Source: Candidatus Hydrothermarchaeum profundi
Lineage (GTDB): Archaea; Hydrothermarchaeota; Hydrothermarchaeia; Hydrothermarchaeales; Hydrothermarchaeaceae
Reading direction: 5' to 3'
DNA length: 64,000 bases
Assembly (NCBI GenBank): GCA_002011125.2
Contig: MTMF02000009.1
Span: forward strand, 904,989-968,988
Numbering within the stretch: the first letter of the stretch is position 1; the number at the start of each line of letters is the position of its first letter. The translations under genes and the position numbers were made by a program. Below are positions 37,744-47,639 of the stretch, piece after piece. The notes under the pieces are model-generated. The model saw nothing but the letters and a program-made list of their open reading frames with translations. It ran no database searches and was not told where the DNA came from.

Positions 37744-37744
37744 A

Positions 37745-38269
37745 ATGCAAGCAAGAACGACTTGGTCTATGGTATTATCGGCGATTCTCCTAGTCGTTAT
37801 AGCAGTAATGGCTATTTATCCTGGAAAAACCACTTTCGCAGGAAGTCATACCATTCATTCTATCCGCAATAGCACAGATTATGGTGATGCTCAATTCTGC
37901 TGGAAGTGTCATCCGAGCCAGGTGGTGAATGTCACATCATCTGGAAATTATACGGCTCATAACTCAACTGCATGTATATGTCATGGTTACCTTCCAAATT
38001 ATACCCAGCTTAGCGGACCTTTTGGATACTATACTCCAAGGACTATAAATCTAGAGCATAATCTAACGATGAACATCTACTGTACCAATTGTCATACTAA
38101 TTATAATGAGAGTGAAACAGTTGGGGCGATAATTATATACTCTGACGGTACTAAAACCGAGAACCAATCTGCCCATTATATCTACTTTAACGGTAGTAGT
38201 TCTTCATCTATTGAGGAGACTTATAATAGAAGCTGGAGTTATTTCAACAGAAGCTTCGGTAGTCCTTAA
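37745..38269 (+). CDS. Small secreted multiheme cytochrome c (174 aa)
   Basis: GGAGGGG SD then ATG 37745; hydrophobic N-terminus, P...FAGSH, CWKCH, CICH, CTNCH. Confidence 0.8.
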   Translation: MQARTTWSMVLSAILLVVIAVMAIYPGKTTFAGSHTIHSIRNSTDYGDAQFCWKCHPSQVVNVTSSGNYTAHNSTACICHGYLPNYTQLSGPFGYYTPRTINLEHNLTMNIYCTNCHTNYNESETVGAIIIYSDGTKTENQSAHYIYFNGSSSSSIEETYNRSWSYFNRSFGSP

Positions 38270-38362
38270 ACGATGTGTAAGAAAATAAACCTCACTTATA
38301 AATTAAATTTCTGGAATATTTTCAATTGTTAGAAGCTTTTTCTTCTGAAAGAGGTTAAAGGA

Positions 38363-38686
38363 ATGGTAAAAGTAACTAAAAAAGCAGCAGAGGAAATTAA
38401 GAATATTTTAGAAAAAGAAAATAAGCTTGGGTACGGTCTAAGGATATTCATCGCAGGTGCGAGCTGTGGAGGGCCACATTACGGCCTTGCCTTGGAAGAG
38501 AAGCCCGGGGAAGGAGATAAAGTAATAGAGAGCAACGATGTCAAGATATTTTTAGACGAGAAGACCGCTTATTATCTTGAAGATGTGGAGCTGGATTACA
38601 TCGAGACTCCAGAGGGTTCTTGGTTCTCATTAAGCAATCCAAACGTAGACTCAGCTTGTGGTAGCGGGTGTAATTCTTGCTATTAA
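38363..38686 (+). CDS. HesB/IscA A-type Fe-S carrier
   Basis: VT.KAA, LRI...G.SCGG..Y.L.L, LDY, F...NPN...CG.GC. Confidence 0.88.
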   Translation: MVKVTKKAAEEIKNILEKENKLGYGLRIFIAGASCGGPHYGLALEEKPGEGDKVIESNDVKIFLDEKTAYYLEDVELDYIETPEGSWFSLSNPNVDSACGSGCNSCY

Positions 38687-39465
38687 CCTAATAGCATTAT
38701 TTTAAAGGTATCTCTCAATCCAGGGGAATATCCTAACAAGAAAATTGCATAATACCACAGTGAGTTCTCATCTATTTTTTCCAGTAAGGAAATTGCTATT
38801 ATAAGAATGAGTATCTTAAGGGGATATAAAACTAGAGCTGTATTTGCTAAATGTATAAGATAGTTCTCAAAGACATGCTCTTCCCAGTAGCCGTAAAACT
38901 GGATGGCTATAAAAGTAGCGCTCGCATCAAGCATATGGGAGGAGTAGATAAGAGAGATTACTTTACTCTTGATTTTAAATGCTCTCAAGAAGAAGAGAAT
39001 AAAAAGAGAGGATACTACAGTTACAGCGATTATCTGGAGTAAGGGAACCCAAAAGCGAATATTTTGTAATAGCAATGCTAGAGGGTATGCTAGAAATCCT
39101 AGCCCAAAACCAAAAAAGGACTTATGGTACTCTATCCCCTTTTTATTTTCTAATATCAGCGCTATACCTAGGCTGAAGAAGGTTAATAGGAAGATTGTTA
39201 GGAAAATCCCGGGAGTTATAAAGAAAAATGATGTTGGCAAGATGTGAGCGTCCGTTAAAGCGCGTAATATTGATGCTAATGTTAAGAAGGGGATAGTAGC
39301 AAAGTAAAACTCTCTATTAATCGAGATTCTTAGCTTTTTAAGCATCTTGTCCGCTAAAATAATGCCTATTCCAAGTAGAAGGCCATAAATTATAGTATTG
39401 TAAATATTATAGCCTGTACCTTTATAGATGGGTTTTATGAAATGTTCTGATATAAAGTCAATCAT
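38683..39465 (-). CDS. DUF63 family membrane protein
   Basis: FI.PI..G.GYN.YNT..Y, R.L.D, F.ITPG, H.LD.SAT, Y.E.H, LG..PG.RD; multiple TM segments. Confidence 0.8.
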   Translation of the reverse strand: MIDFISEHFIKPIYKGTGYNIYNTIIYGLLLGIGIILADKMLKKLRISINREFYFATIPFLTLASILRALTDAHILPTSFFFITPGIFLTIFLLTFFSLGIALILENKKGIEYHKSFFGFGLGFLAYPLALLLQNIRFWVPLLQIIAVTVVSSLFILFFLRAFKIKSKVISLIYSSHMLDASATFIAIQFYGYWEEHVFENYLIHLANTALVLYPLKILILIIAISLLEKIDENSLWYYAIFLLGYSPGLRDTFKIMLLG

Positions 39466-39499
39466 ATTTATATAGCTCGTTTACAGATTGAAATTCTAT

Positions 39500-39781
39500 A
39501 TGATGTCTAATCTAAGGAGGGAAATCGACCTCATCCATAGGCATGTTTTCATATTGAAACTTGTATTAGAAAATGAGCCTATTGGGATTTTAAAGCTTTC
39601 CGATCTTAGCCACCTCCCACAGCATAAGGTTAGATATTCTCTAAGAGTTTTAGAGCAGATGGGTTTGATAAGACCTTCCCTGCATGGTGCGGTCTCTACT
39701 AAGGCTGCTAAAAACTTTCTCAAAACTCTGCCTGAGGAAGTAGAGGAGCTTATAGCTAAGCTGGAGATCTTAAGGACCTAG
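39500..39781 (+). CDS. Small winged-helix archaeal transcriptional regulator
   Basis: RH+.+L.+V...EPIGI.KLS.....P.HKVRYSLR.LE..GLI.PS..GA. Confidence 0.75.
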   Translation: MMSNLRREIDLIHRHVFILKLVLENEPIGILKLSDLSHLPQHKVRYSLRVLEQMGLIRPSLHGAVSTKAAKNFLKTLPEEVEELIAKLEILRT

Positions 39782-40213
39782 TTTATAATGGTCTTTATCA
39801 ACGGAAGCTGTTTTAATGACTTTCTCCGATACATATACTGGGGAGTTCGTTCTTACTGCTAGCGCTAGACTATCACTCGGTCTAGCATCAAATTCGAATT
39901 CATCACCGTTCTTCTCCACTATTAATCTAGCGAAGAAAACTCCGTCATTAAGGTCGTCTATTATGACTTTTTTTATCCTAGAATTCAGACCCTCCAATAT
40001 AGAAAGTAAAAGGTCGTGGGTTAGAGGTCGTGGGTAAGGTAGTTTCTCCAAAGCGGTCTGTATAGAAAATGCTTCAGCCGCTCCGATATAGATAGGCAGT
40101 ACCTTCTCTTCGTCATTTTCAAGGAAAACTATTGGCGTTGACCCCTCTGGGGAGCTTGCCATATAAACGCCTGCTACTTTTACCTGCTGATATCCTGTTT
40201 CTGTGTCTACCAT
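39770..40213 (-). CDS. Bifunctional nuclease family protein (DUF151)
   Basis: LPIYIG..EA..I, PRPLTHDL, G.F.A.L, DARPSD.+ALAVR. Confidence 0.88.
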   Translation of the reverse strand: MVDTETGYQQVKVAGVYMASSPEGSTPIVFLENDEEKVLPIYIGAAEAFSIQTALEKLPYPRPLTHDLLLSILEGLNSRIKKVIIDDLNDGVFFARLIVEKNGDEFEFDARPSDSLALAVRTNSPVYVSEKVIKTASVDKDHYKLGP

Positions 40214-40316
40214 ACTACTACTTCACCCTCATTGCATAAAATTGTTTTCTATAACGTTGTTATTCAATGCTGTAATGGAAAGGTTTTTGAATTCTTTCTA
40301 ATTGACAGTAAGACGG

Positions 40317-41585
40317 ATGTATAATGGAATGACTATTGCTGAAAAAATTCTGGCTAAGAAATCTGGTAAAAAGAAAGTCGAGCCAGGAGAAATAATTGAA
40401 GCTGAGGTAGACTATATAATGGTTAACGATGTCACGGGGCTTCCAGCCTTTGAGGTGTTTGAGAATTTTAACGTTGCGCCATTGAGAGATAAAATCGTAT
40501 TAATACCCGATCATTATGTCCCAAACAAGGATGTTCCTTCTGCAGAGCAAGCTAAAGCTATGCGAATCTTCGCTAAAAAATATAATCTACCCTATTATTA
40601 TGAAGTGGGAAGTAGTGGCGTATGCCATCAGCACATGATAGAAAAGGGATTTGCTGCTCCTGGCAGATTGATAGTGGGAGCAGATTCGCATACATGTTCC
40701 TACGGAGCTCTGGGGGCTTTCTCAACAGGTATAGGCTCTACAGAGGCTGCTTGTGCAATGGCTCTGGGTAACTTATGGTTCCGTGTTCCAGAATCCCAGA
40801 AATTCATTATAGAAGGAAAAACAAGGAAATATGTTATGGGGAAAGACGTGATACTTCATATAATTGGGGATATAGGGGTAGATGGAGCGTTATATAAATC
40901 TATGGAATTCTATGGTTCCACAGTTGAATCATTCCCATTAGCGGATAGAATTTCTATAGCTAATATGACCGTAGAGGCTGGAGCTAAGGCAGGTATTATC
41001 CCTCCAGATAATACAGTATACGAATACTTGAAGGGCAGGGTTATCGGGGAGTATGAACCAGTATTCGCTGATTCAACTGCTGAATATATTGAAACTTTCT
41101 CTTACGATGCCATCGAGATTCCATGTACAGTAGCTAAGCCTTATCTACCGTCTAATATTGCCCCTGCTTCTGAGCTTGGAGACATAACAATCGATCAGGC
41201 ATATCTGGGATCATGCACTAACGGGAGAATAGAGGATCTTAGAATAGCTGCTAAAATTTTGAAGGGGAAAAAAATACACCCAAATGTTAGAATGATAGTA
41301 GTGCCAGCGAGTAAGGAAGTATACGAGCAAGCCTTGGAGGAGGGAATCATTAAAGTTTTCCTAGACGCTAATGCATATGTCTCTGGCCCTACATGTGGCG
41401 CGTGCCTTGGCGGTTATATGGGCGTATTAGCGAGGGGAGAGAGGTGCATTTCTTCGACAAATCGGAATTTTATTGGCAGGATGGGTCATAAAGAAAGCGA
41501 GGTGTATCTCGCTAATCCTGCAGTAGTTGCCGCTAGCGCTATAACAGGTAGGATTACTGATCCCGGAGAGGTTGAGCATGGATAA
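40317..41585 (+). CDS. leuC: 3-isopropylmalate dehydratase large subunit
   Basis: T+AEKILA, DH, GVCH, DSHTC.YGA, GSCTNGR, CGAC.G, STNRNF.GRMG. Confidence 0.88.
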   Translation: MYNGMTIAEKILAKKSGKKKVEPGEIIEAEVDYIMVNDVTGLPAFEVFENFNVAPLRDKIVLIPDHYVPNKDVPSAEQAKAMRIFAKKYNLPYYYEVGSSGVCHQHMIEKGFAAPGRLIVGADSHTCSYGALGAFSTGIGSTEAACAMALGNLWFRVPESQKFIIEGKTRKYVMGKDVILHIIGDIGVDGALYKSMEFYGSTVESFPLADRISIANMTVEAGAKAGIIPPDNTVYEYLKGRVIGEYEPVFADSTAEYIETFSYDAIEIPCTVAKPYLPSNIAPASELGDITIDQAYLGSCTNGRIEDLRIAAKILKGKKIHPNVRMIVVPASKEVYEQALEEGIIKVFLDANAYVSGPTCGACLGGYMGVLARGERCISSTNRNFIGRMGHKESEVYLANPAVVAASAITGRITDPGEVEHG

Positions 41586-42069
41586 GATAAGAGGACGTGT
41601 ATGGAAATTTGGGTCTAATGTTGACACTGATCAGATAATACCCGCAGAATACCTTGTTACAGGAGACCCTAAAAAACTTGCAGGACATGCTTTTGAAAAA
41701 GTTAGACCAGACTTCGCTAAAAAAGTAAAAAAAGGGGATATAATAGTTGGAGAAGAAAACTTTGGTTGTGGATCAAGCAGAGAGCATGCTCCGCGGGCTT
41801 TGATTGGATGCGGCATTTCCTGTGTTATTGCTAACTCATTTGCTAGGATATTTTTCAGAAATTCTATAAATATCGGCTTGCCTTTAATTGAGTGCGCCGT
41901 AGAGGCTACTGAGGGGGATATACTTGAGATTGATTTCGAAAACGGCAGGATATTGAATACGAACTCTGGTAGAGAATATCGCTTTAAGCCCTTACCGGAT
42001 TTCTTACTAGATCTTTTAAAGGCCGGAGGGATAGTAGAGTATACTAAAAGAAAATTAGCTAGTAACTAA
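41578..42069 (+). CDS. leuD: 3-isopropylmalate dehydratase small subunit
   Basis: NVDTDQIIPA.YLVT, NFGCGSSREHA, FARIFFRN..N.G. Confidence 0.88.
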   Translation: MDKIRGRVWKFGSNVDTDQIIPAEYLVTGDPKKLAGHAFEKVRPDFAKKVKKGDIIVGEENFGCGSSREHAPRALIGCGISCVIANSFARIFFRNSINIGLPLIECAVEATEGDILEIDFENGRILNTNSGREYRFKPLPDFLLDLLKAGGIVEYTKRKLASN

Positions 42070-42528
42070 CTCAGTATACAATCTCGGTTCTATATTTTCC
42101 TCTGTGTAGCCGAGTGTCTTGATAAATCTAATTAAATCTCTTTTCCTGTGTTTCTCCGTACTTATGATTTCAAAATCAGCAAAACAGCCTGCCCCCTCTA
42201 CTTCATTCAATTCGATAGTTATATCCCCGTAGCGGTAAATTTTTCTTGTTTTTCTTACTACTACAAGCTCTTCAAATCCCAGTTTTTTTAAAATAGCTAA
42301 GAGTCCAACTTTTTCTCCTACCTCCACCTCTATTTCTCTAAAAAGAGTGTTTTCTCTGTCTATAATCTCTTTATACCCAAGAAAATATCTCCCCTCTACC
42401 TCTCTAATCCTAAGAAGCTTTCGATCAGGCATTTTAAAATAGGTGTCAATTTGCCTCTCTGACCTGATAAACGTGGCAAAAGATATTTTCTTTTCTAGTT
42501 CTTCTATACTTCGAAGCCTTATTTTCAC
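42055..42528 (-). CDS. cyaB: CYTH-domain protein (class IV adenylate cyclase-like)
   Basis: Q.DTYF, LRIR, YK, REIE, V.K.R..Y, FEI, Y.EL; N-terminal ExExK only partly present. Confidence 0.7.
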   Translation of the reverse strand: MKIRLRSIEELEKKISFATFIRSERQIDTYFKMPDRKLLRIREVEGRYFLGYKEIIDRENTLFREIEVEVGEKVGLLAILKKLGFEELVVVRKTRKIYRYGDITIELNEVEGAGCFADFEIISTEKHRKRDLIRFIKTLGYTEENIEPRLYTELVTS

Positions 42529-43589
42529 TTCAATCTCGATTGGATCGCCTTTATGAATTCCTCTACCTCCTCTTTCGTATTATAAAAATGGGGAGATACT
42601 CGAACATAATCATCTTTTTTTGTTACCACGAATTTTTTTGGAATTTTAAAGTCATACTTAAATGAAAAAATTCCAGAGGTATTCTCAGGGGTTAATCTAT
42701 TTTCTAAGTTCTCATGAAAGATTTGCGTCAAGGATAAGACTCTTTTCTTGATCTTTTTAATTCCTATGGAAAATAGATATTCCAAAGCAGCCTTATAACC
42801 AAAAATACTGGCATGACAAGGAGTCCCAATTTCGAATTTTTTAGCGCCTTCAGCGGGCTCATATTCTAATTTGAAGTCAAAGGGATTTCTAGCGGATTTC
42901 CATCCGATATACGGAGGCTCAAACATATCTGTTAGCTCTTTCCGGATATAAAGCACACCAACTCCAGATGGACCAAGTTGCCATTTATAGGCTCCAGATG
43001 ATAAAAAATCTATTTTGGCTTTTTTTACATCCACCTCTAGGACTCCCATAGATTGGATAGCATCTACGAAAAAATAGATGTCTTTCTCTTCGCATAGCTC
43101 ACCCAAAGCTTCAATATCATGGGCGAAACCATTTTTATAGGAAACATGACTCACAGACAAAACCTTAGTGTTTTCGTTAATCTCTTTCTCGAAATCTTCT
43201 AAATCTATCCTCCCCTTCTTTGATCTTACAACTTTATACCTAAACTTCATCCAAGGATAAGTATTAGATGGAAACTCCAAGTCATTAAGTAATACCTCTC
43301 CTTTGCCTTTTAATCCAAGCATATTTGCTACTATATTTATTCCTTCTGATGTGCTGCCCACTAACGCTATCTCGCTGACATCAGCATTCAAAAGTCTTGC
43401 AATCAATTTTTTTGTTTTTCGTGCAACTTCATGCCAGCGCTTGTAGTAGAGGCCGCCATATTTTCTGGTTTCATAGTATTCTTGAACTGCTTCTATAACA
43501 GGCAAGGGTAATGGAGACGTAGCAGCGTTATTTAGGTAAACGTATTCCTTTGTAACAGGAAAATCTTCTCTTATCTTCTCAATATCCAT
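42525..43589 (-). CDS. Class V PLP-dependent aminotransferase (cysteine desulfurase-like fold)
   Basis: YLNNAATSP, EFPSN, VDAIQS.G, SG.YKW.LGP.G.G, FE.GT, RVSPHFYN. Confidence 0.85.
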   Translation of the reverse strand: MDIEKIREDFPVTKEYVYLNNAATSPLPLPVIEAVQEYYETRKYGGLYYKRWHEVARKTKKLIARLLNADVSEIALVGSTSEGINIVANMLGLKGKGEVLLNDLEFPSNTYPWMKFRYKVVRSKKGRIDLEDFEKEINENTKVLSVSHVSYKNGFAHDIEALGELCEEKDIYFFVDAIQSMGVLEVDVKKAKIDFLSSGAYKWQLGPSGVGVLYIRKELTDMFEPPYIGWKSARNPFDFKLEYEPAEGAKKFEIGTPCHASIFGYKAALEYLFSIGIKKIKKRVLSLTQIFHENLENRLTPENTSGIFSFKYDFKIPKKFVVTKKDDYVRVSPHFYNTKEEVEEFIKAIQSRLK

Positions 43590-43683
43590 TTAACCACATT
43601 TTCTTTATTTCTTGCACCGGTTAGAGTAATATATATAAGTAAGAGCAATATAATATCTTTCGGAAATATTTGGAGGCAAAATT

Positions 43684-44823
43684 ATGAAAGTTCTTGTCTT
43701 AGGATTAGGTCAAGCTGGCGGTAAAATAGCCGACCTGTTTTTAATGGATGACCGGAAAAGTCATGTCCCTCATACTTTCGAGGCTATCGCCGTTAACACA
43801 GCGATTTCGGATTTAATGGGTCTACAATATATACCCCAAGAGGATAGGATATTGCTTGGGGAAACAGCTGTAAAGGGTCATGGCGTGGGGGCAGATAATA
43901 AAAAAGGAGCTGAGATAGCCGAGGATGAGGCGGAGATTGTCTTAAACAGAATTTCTAAAACTAATGTTAGCAACATAGATGCTTTTTTTATAATTGCAGG
44001 CCTAGGAGGAGGTACAGGTAGCGGAGCGATATCAGTTATAACAAAACATCTCAAGAAGGTATATGACGAGCCAGTATATGCTATAGGCATTCTTCCAGCT
44101 GAAAATGAAGGCGACATTTATACACTCAACTCAGCGAGAAGTTTGAAGGCGCTTCTCCCGGTAGCAGATGCTACGATTCTCGTTGATAATGGGGCGTTCC
44201 TTAGGTCAGGTGAAAGTGTTAGAGAAGCCTATGATAGAATAAATGCAGAAATTGTTAAGAGGATAGGAATTCTGTGCAGGTCAGGAGAAATTAGGTCCCG
44301 AAAACAGGTAGGGGAGATGGTAGTTGACGCTGCTGAGGTTATAAATACATTCAGAGCGGGGGGAATATGTAGTATTGGATATGCGTCAGAGATGGTCAAA
44401 CGTGAAGGACTTTTCACAAGGATGTTCAAAAAGAAGCAGTATGAGATAGGCAAAGCTTCTAGGATACTATCTGTTACGAAAAGGGCAGTAAAAGGAAGGT
44501 TGCTTCTACCATGCGATTATAAAACAGCTAACAAGGCGTTGATAATCATAGCCGGGCCTCCCAGCCAGTTAGATAGAAAAGGAATCGAAAAAGCTAGAGA
44601 ATGGCTAGAGAACACTATAGCAGGTTCTGAAGTACGGGGAGGAGACTACCCACTTCCTAAGAGTAATTACGTTGGTTGTGTTGTACTGCTAGCTGGAGTA
44701 GCTAATGCTCCACGAGTTAAATCAATGCTAGAGAAGGCAAGATATGTCCAAGAGAAAATAGGAGAGGAGCCTGAGCGAGAAAAAGACCTGGACTATCTCT
44801 TAGGTGAGATAGACAATCTCTAG
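43684..44823 (+). CDS. cetZ: CetZ-like tubulin/FtsZ family protein
   Basis: G.GQAGGKI.D, AVNTA..DL, KGHGVGAD, GLGGGTGSG, DN, VVD.AE+INT, EVRGGDYP. Confidence 0.88.
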   Translation: MKVLVLGLGQAGGKIADLFLMDDRKSHVPHTFEAIAVNTAISDLMGLQYIPQEDRILLGETAVKGHGVGADNKKGAEIAEDEAEIVLNRISKTNVSNIDAFFIIAGLGGGTGSGAISVITKHLKKVYDEPVYAIGILPAENEGDIYTLNSARSLKALLPVADATILVDNGAFLRSGESVREAYDRINAEIVKRIGILCRSGEIRSRKQVGEMVVDAAEVINTFRAGGICSIGYASEMVKREGLFTRMFKKKQYEIGKASRILSVTKRAVKGRLLLPCDYKTANKALIIIAGPPSQLDRKGIEKAREWLENTIAGSEVRGGDYPLPKSNYVGCVVLLAGVANAPRVKSMLEKARYVQEKIGEEPEREKDLDYLLGEIDNL

Positions 44824-44824
44824 G

Positions 44825-45838
44825 GTGTATGGAATGCTCTCTTTGGTAGGAGTGGGAGGCGCCGGATGTAATATAATCGAGGCCTTCTACAGAAAAGACC
44901 TTATCAGCACTATCATTAGTAAAATTGGCGGAGAGGGATATGTCAGAGGGGTTGCTATCGACACTTCAGAGAGCATCGCTAATCTAAATTCTATTCCAAC
45001 TCAAAATCGAGTACTAATAGGAAGTAGTCGCGCAAAGGGTCATGGCACTGGGGGGAGCGTTGAATTAGGTAGAAAGATAATGAGCGAAGAATCAGAGCTG
45101 GCGATGAGTGCTATACGCAGGGCCAACGTAGAAAAGCCGGAGATATTCTTCATAGTAGCGGGCTTAGGTGGGGGAACAGGCACCGGAGGATTGCCAATTC
45201 TAATTGAAAGGATAAAGGTCACTTATCATGTGCCAATTATAGGCGTGCTGATTCTCCCTTCTAGGAGTGAGGGCACCTTATACATGAAGAATGCTTTCCA
45301 AAACTTTGATGCCATAAGCAATGCACTCGATGGAACGATAGTGTTAGATAATAATGTTCTCACTAATAGAGGAGAGGATATCCTTAACTGCTACAAGATA
45401 GTTAATGATGCTATTTTTAATTTTCTAAGCGTGATAGACCCTGTGTATATCCTAAGGGCTACTAGAGAAAAAATATCTACGATAGGGTTTATGAGGACTA
45501 AAGTGGCTAGAATTTCCATTAAAGAGTTGCTGGATAAAATGTTGAGAGACTACGTCTATTTCTCTATAGAAGATAAAAAAATAGATGAGATGCATCTAAT
45601 ACTAAACGGGGATATGGGTAAAGTGTATGGCCAGAGTTTTGCGCAGAAGTGGGTGAAAGAAAATTTTGACGTAGATGTGAATCTAGCTTTAAAGGATGAG
45701 CCGAATTCTAAATATTTAAATACTGGGTTGATTATTACAGGATTAAAGGATATTACCCAAGGTTTTAAAGTGGAAGAAGAAAAGAAAATCCCATCAGAAC
45801 TGGAAGACTTGTTGGGCGACATTAAGCCATTATTCTAG
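44825..45838 (+). CDS. Divergent tubulin/FtsZ family protein
   Basis: GVGGAGCNI, IDT, KGHGTGG, GLGGGTGTG, LP...EG, DN; degenerate T7 loop. Confidence 0.82.
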   Translation: MYGMLSLVGVGGAGCNIIEAFYRKDLISTIISKIGGEGYVRGVAIDTSESIANLNSIPTQNRVLIGSSRAKGHGTGGSVELGRKIMSEESELAMSAIRRANVEKPEIFFIVAGLGGGTGTGGLPILIERIKVTYHVPIIGVLILPSRSEGTLYMKNAFQNFDAISNALDGTIVLDNNVLTNRGEDILNCYKIVNDAIFNFLSVIDPVYILRATREKISTIGFMRTKVARISIKELLDKMLRDYVYFSIEDKKIDEMHLILNGDMGKVYGQSFAQKWVKENFDVDVNLALKDEPNSKYLNTGLIITGLKDITQGFKVEEEKKIPSELEDLLGDIKPLF

Positions 45839-45846
45839 GAGGTAGG

Positions 45847-46662
45847 ATGATGAAGAAGATTTTGATATTCCTATTACTCGCTTCCCTTGCTCTAAGTACT
45901 GTAAGTGCTCAGATCCCAGACTACCTTAGAGCAGTTTCTTCAGATGTTTCTCCTTCTGTTCAAGCCCGGATGGGGCAACCTGTAGCGGCTTCTATGATAC
46001 TCAAAAGAGTTGGGATAGTTCCAGATGAGGCTAAATTAAATGTAACGGTAGACCTTGTTGCTCCTAGAGTAGAAGTTAGAATTGACCAGAATTACGAGGT
46101 ATTTGGCATTAATCAATTTGAAGTTCCTCTCCCGCCTGATGGTGTGGATGAAGTGGAAATAAGAGTTAGTGGATACGCGCCTTCAGTTGAGAAGGAGTCA
46201 AAGATTAGAGCGTTAGAAGTTAAAACATATGTTAAATATAAGGGTGAGGAAGGGGTATACCAGGACGATGGAAGCCTAACATTAACGGTGACAACGAAGG
46301 AAATAAAAGAAACACTCTTGGTGTTAGAGGACGCTAAAACTCTCCTTGCTCAGGCAGAGTCAAAGATAAATGATCTTAAACAAAAGGGAGTTAATACCGC
46401 AGAGTTGGAAGCCGATTTAATTAATGCTAAGGAGCAGATATCTAGGTCAGAGGCAGAGCATGAAAAAGGTGATATAGATAATGCTAAGTTTTTAGCAGAG
46501 CAGGCCAAAAAAGATCTGCAGGATATTATAAGTAGAGCGGAGGAAATGGGGGCAGGACCCGCTCCAGTGGACATAAAAAGGTATTTGACGATTGGTGCAG
46601 CGATCGTTGTCATACTAATAATAGCGTTTTACATTAGAGGTAGAAGAGAAGAGCTTGGATAA
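45847..46662 (+). CDS. Membrane protein: signal peptide, beta domain, coiled coil, C-terminal TM
   Basis: GGAGGT SD; ..STVSA signal; heptad-rich aa about 150-235; TM IGAAIVVILIIAFYI followed by RGRREELG. Confidence 0.75.
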   Translation: MMKKILIFLLLASLALSTVSAQIPDYLRAVSSDVSPSVQARMGQPVAASMILKRVGIVPDEAKLNVTVDLVAPRVEVRIDQNYEVFGINQFEVPLPPDGVDEVEIRVSGYAPSVEKESKIRALEVKTYVKYKGEEGVYQDDGSLTLTVTTKEIKETLLVLEDAKTLLAQAESKINDLKQKGVNTAELEADLINAKEQISRSEAEHEKGDIDNAKFLAEQAKKDLQDIISRAEEMGAGPAPVDIKRYLTIGAAIVVILIIAFYIRGRREELG

Positions 46663-46819
46663 CTTTTGAGTATCATTCAATTTTTAATCTCAGCAGCTTT
46701 CCAAAGAACTGTAATTGCCTTTTTTCACTTATTACCTAGGTGATAGCATAATTTTAAGAAAAGCTTGATTAGTATATATTACTTGTTTGTAAAATATTCA
46801 AACCTAAATGGTTTTAGCT

Positions 46820-47527
46820 ATGGGACAACCAGTCCTCTCCCTTATAATCCCCCTCTATAATGAGGAAAAAAGAATAAAAAATGTCCTTGAAAGATATGTT
46901 AAGTTTTTGGACAAAGAATTTGATAACTACGAGGTAATCGGGGTTTGCAATGGATGTACTGATAGTACTCCTAGTATAGTAAGGGAGTTTGGTAGACGGA
47001 ATAGTAGAGTTAAATGCCTACAATTTAAAGACAAGCTTGGCAAGGGAGGGGCAATATTAGAAGGTTTTAAGCTAGCCAAGGGAGAATATATTGGTTTTAT
47101 AGACGCTGATGATAGTGTCGCCCCTACTGAATTTAAAAAATTGATATCGGCATTAACTAATGCAGATGGGGCTATTGCTTCAAGAAGAATAAAAGGGTCC
47201 ATAATTCAAATTAGACAATCCCTGGTAAGAAGGATTTCAAGTAAAATCTTTAATATTCTTGTTAGACTTATTTTCAGACTTAATTTTATGGATACTCAAT
47301 GTGGAGCCAAGGTATTTAAGAAAGAGGCGGTTTTGAGTATTCTCCCAACGATGGTGCTAAAAGGATTTGAGTTTGATGTCGAGCTATTATGGAGGATGGT
47401 TAATAAAGGTTATAGAATTAAGGAGATTCCCATTGTTTGGAAACAATCTCCAGGATCTAGGTTTAGTTTAAAATATGCTCCATCGATGTTTTTTAACCTA
47501 CTTAAGTTAAGACTAGGTGCATGGTAA
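46820..47527 (+). CDS. GT2 dolichyl-phosphate glycosyltransferase (Alg5-like)
   Basis: LSLIIP.YNEEKRI, GKGGA+..G, FIDAD, DTQCG.K.F, F.FDVELL. Confidence 0.85.
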   Translation: MGQPVLSLIIPLYNEEKRIKNVLERYVKFLDKEFDNYEVIGVCNGCTDSTPSIVREFGRRNSRVKCLQFKDKLGKGGAILEGFKLAKGEYIGFIDADDSVAPTEFKKLISALTNADGAIASRRIKGSIIQIRQSLVRRISSKIFNILVRLIFRLNFMDTQCGAKVFKKEAVLSILPTMVLKGFEFDVELLWRMVNKGYRIKEIPIVWKQSPGSRFSLKYAPSMFFNLLKLRLGAW

Positions 47528-47639
47528 AAAGGAAAGCATTATGGAGTTTAAGTCTAAATATTTAAATATCTCGGAATCCTAGAAAATTGCCGTTATCCTA
47601 ATTAAGGCACTGCTAAAGAAACTTAAGAGAGGAGTTTAA

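Noticed and set aside
38363-38686. HesB-like selenoprotein
   Set aside because: The relevant position is Cys (TGT) and the ORF is uninterrupted.
40275-40301. Leader ORF (MERFLNSF*) before leuC, and any similar leader before ilvB
   Set aside because: No SD, no GG-GAT-NNC-NTT motif, it overlaps the likely promoter and is in frame with leuC; no ATG-led leader precedes ilvB.
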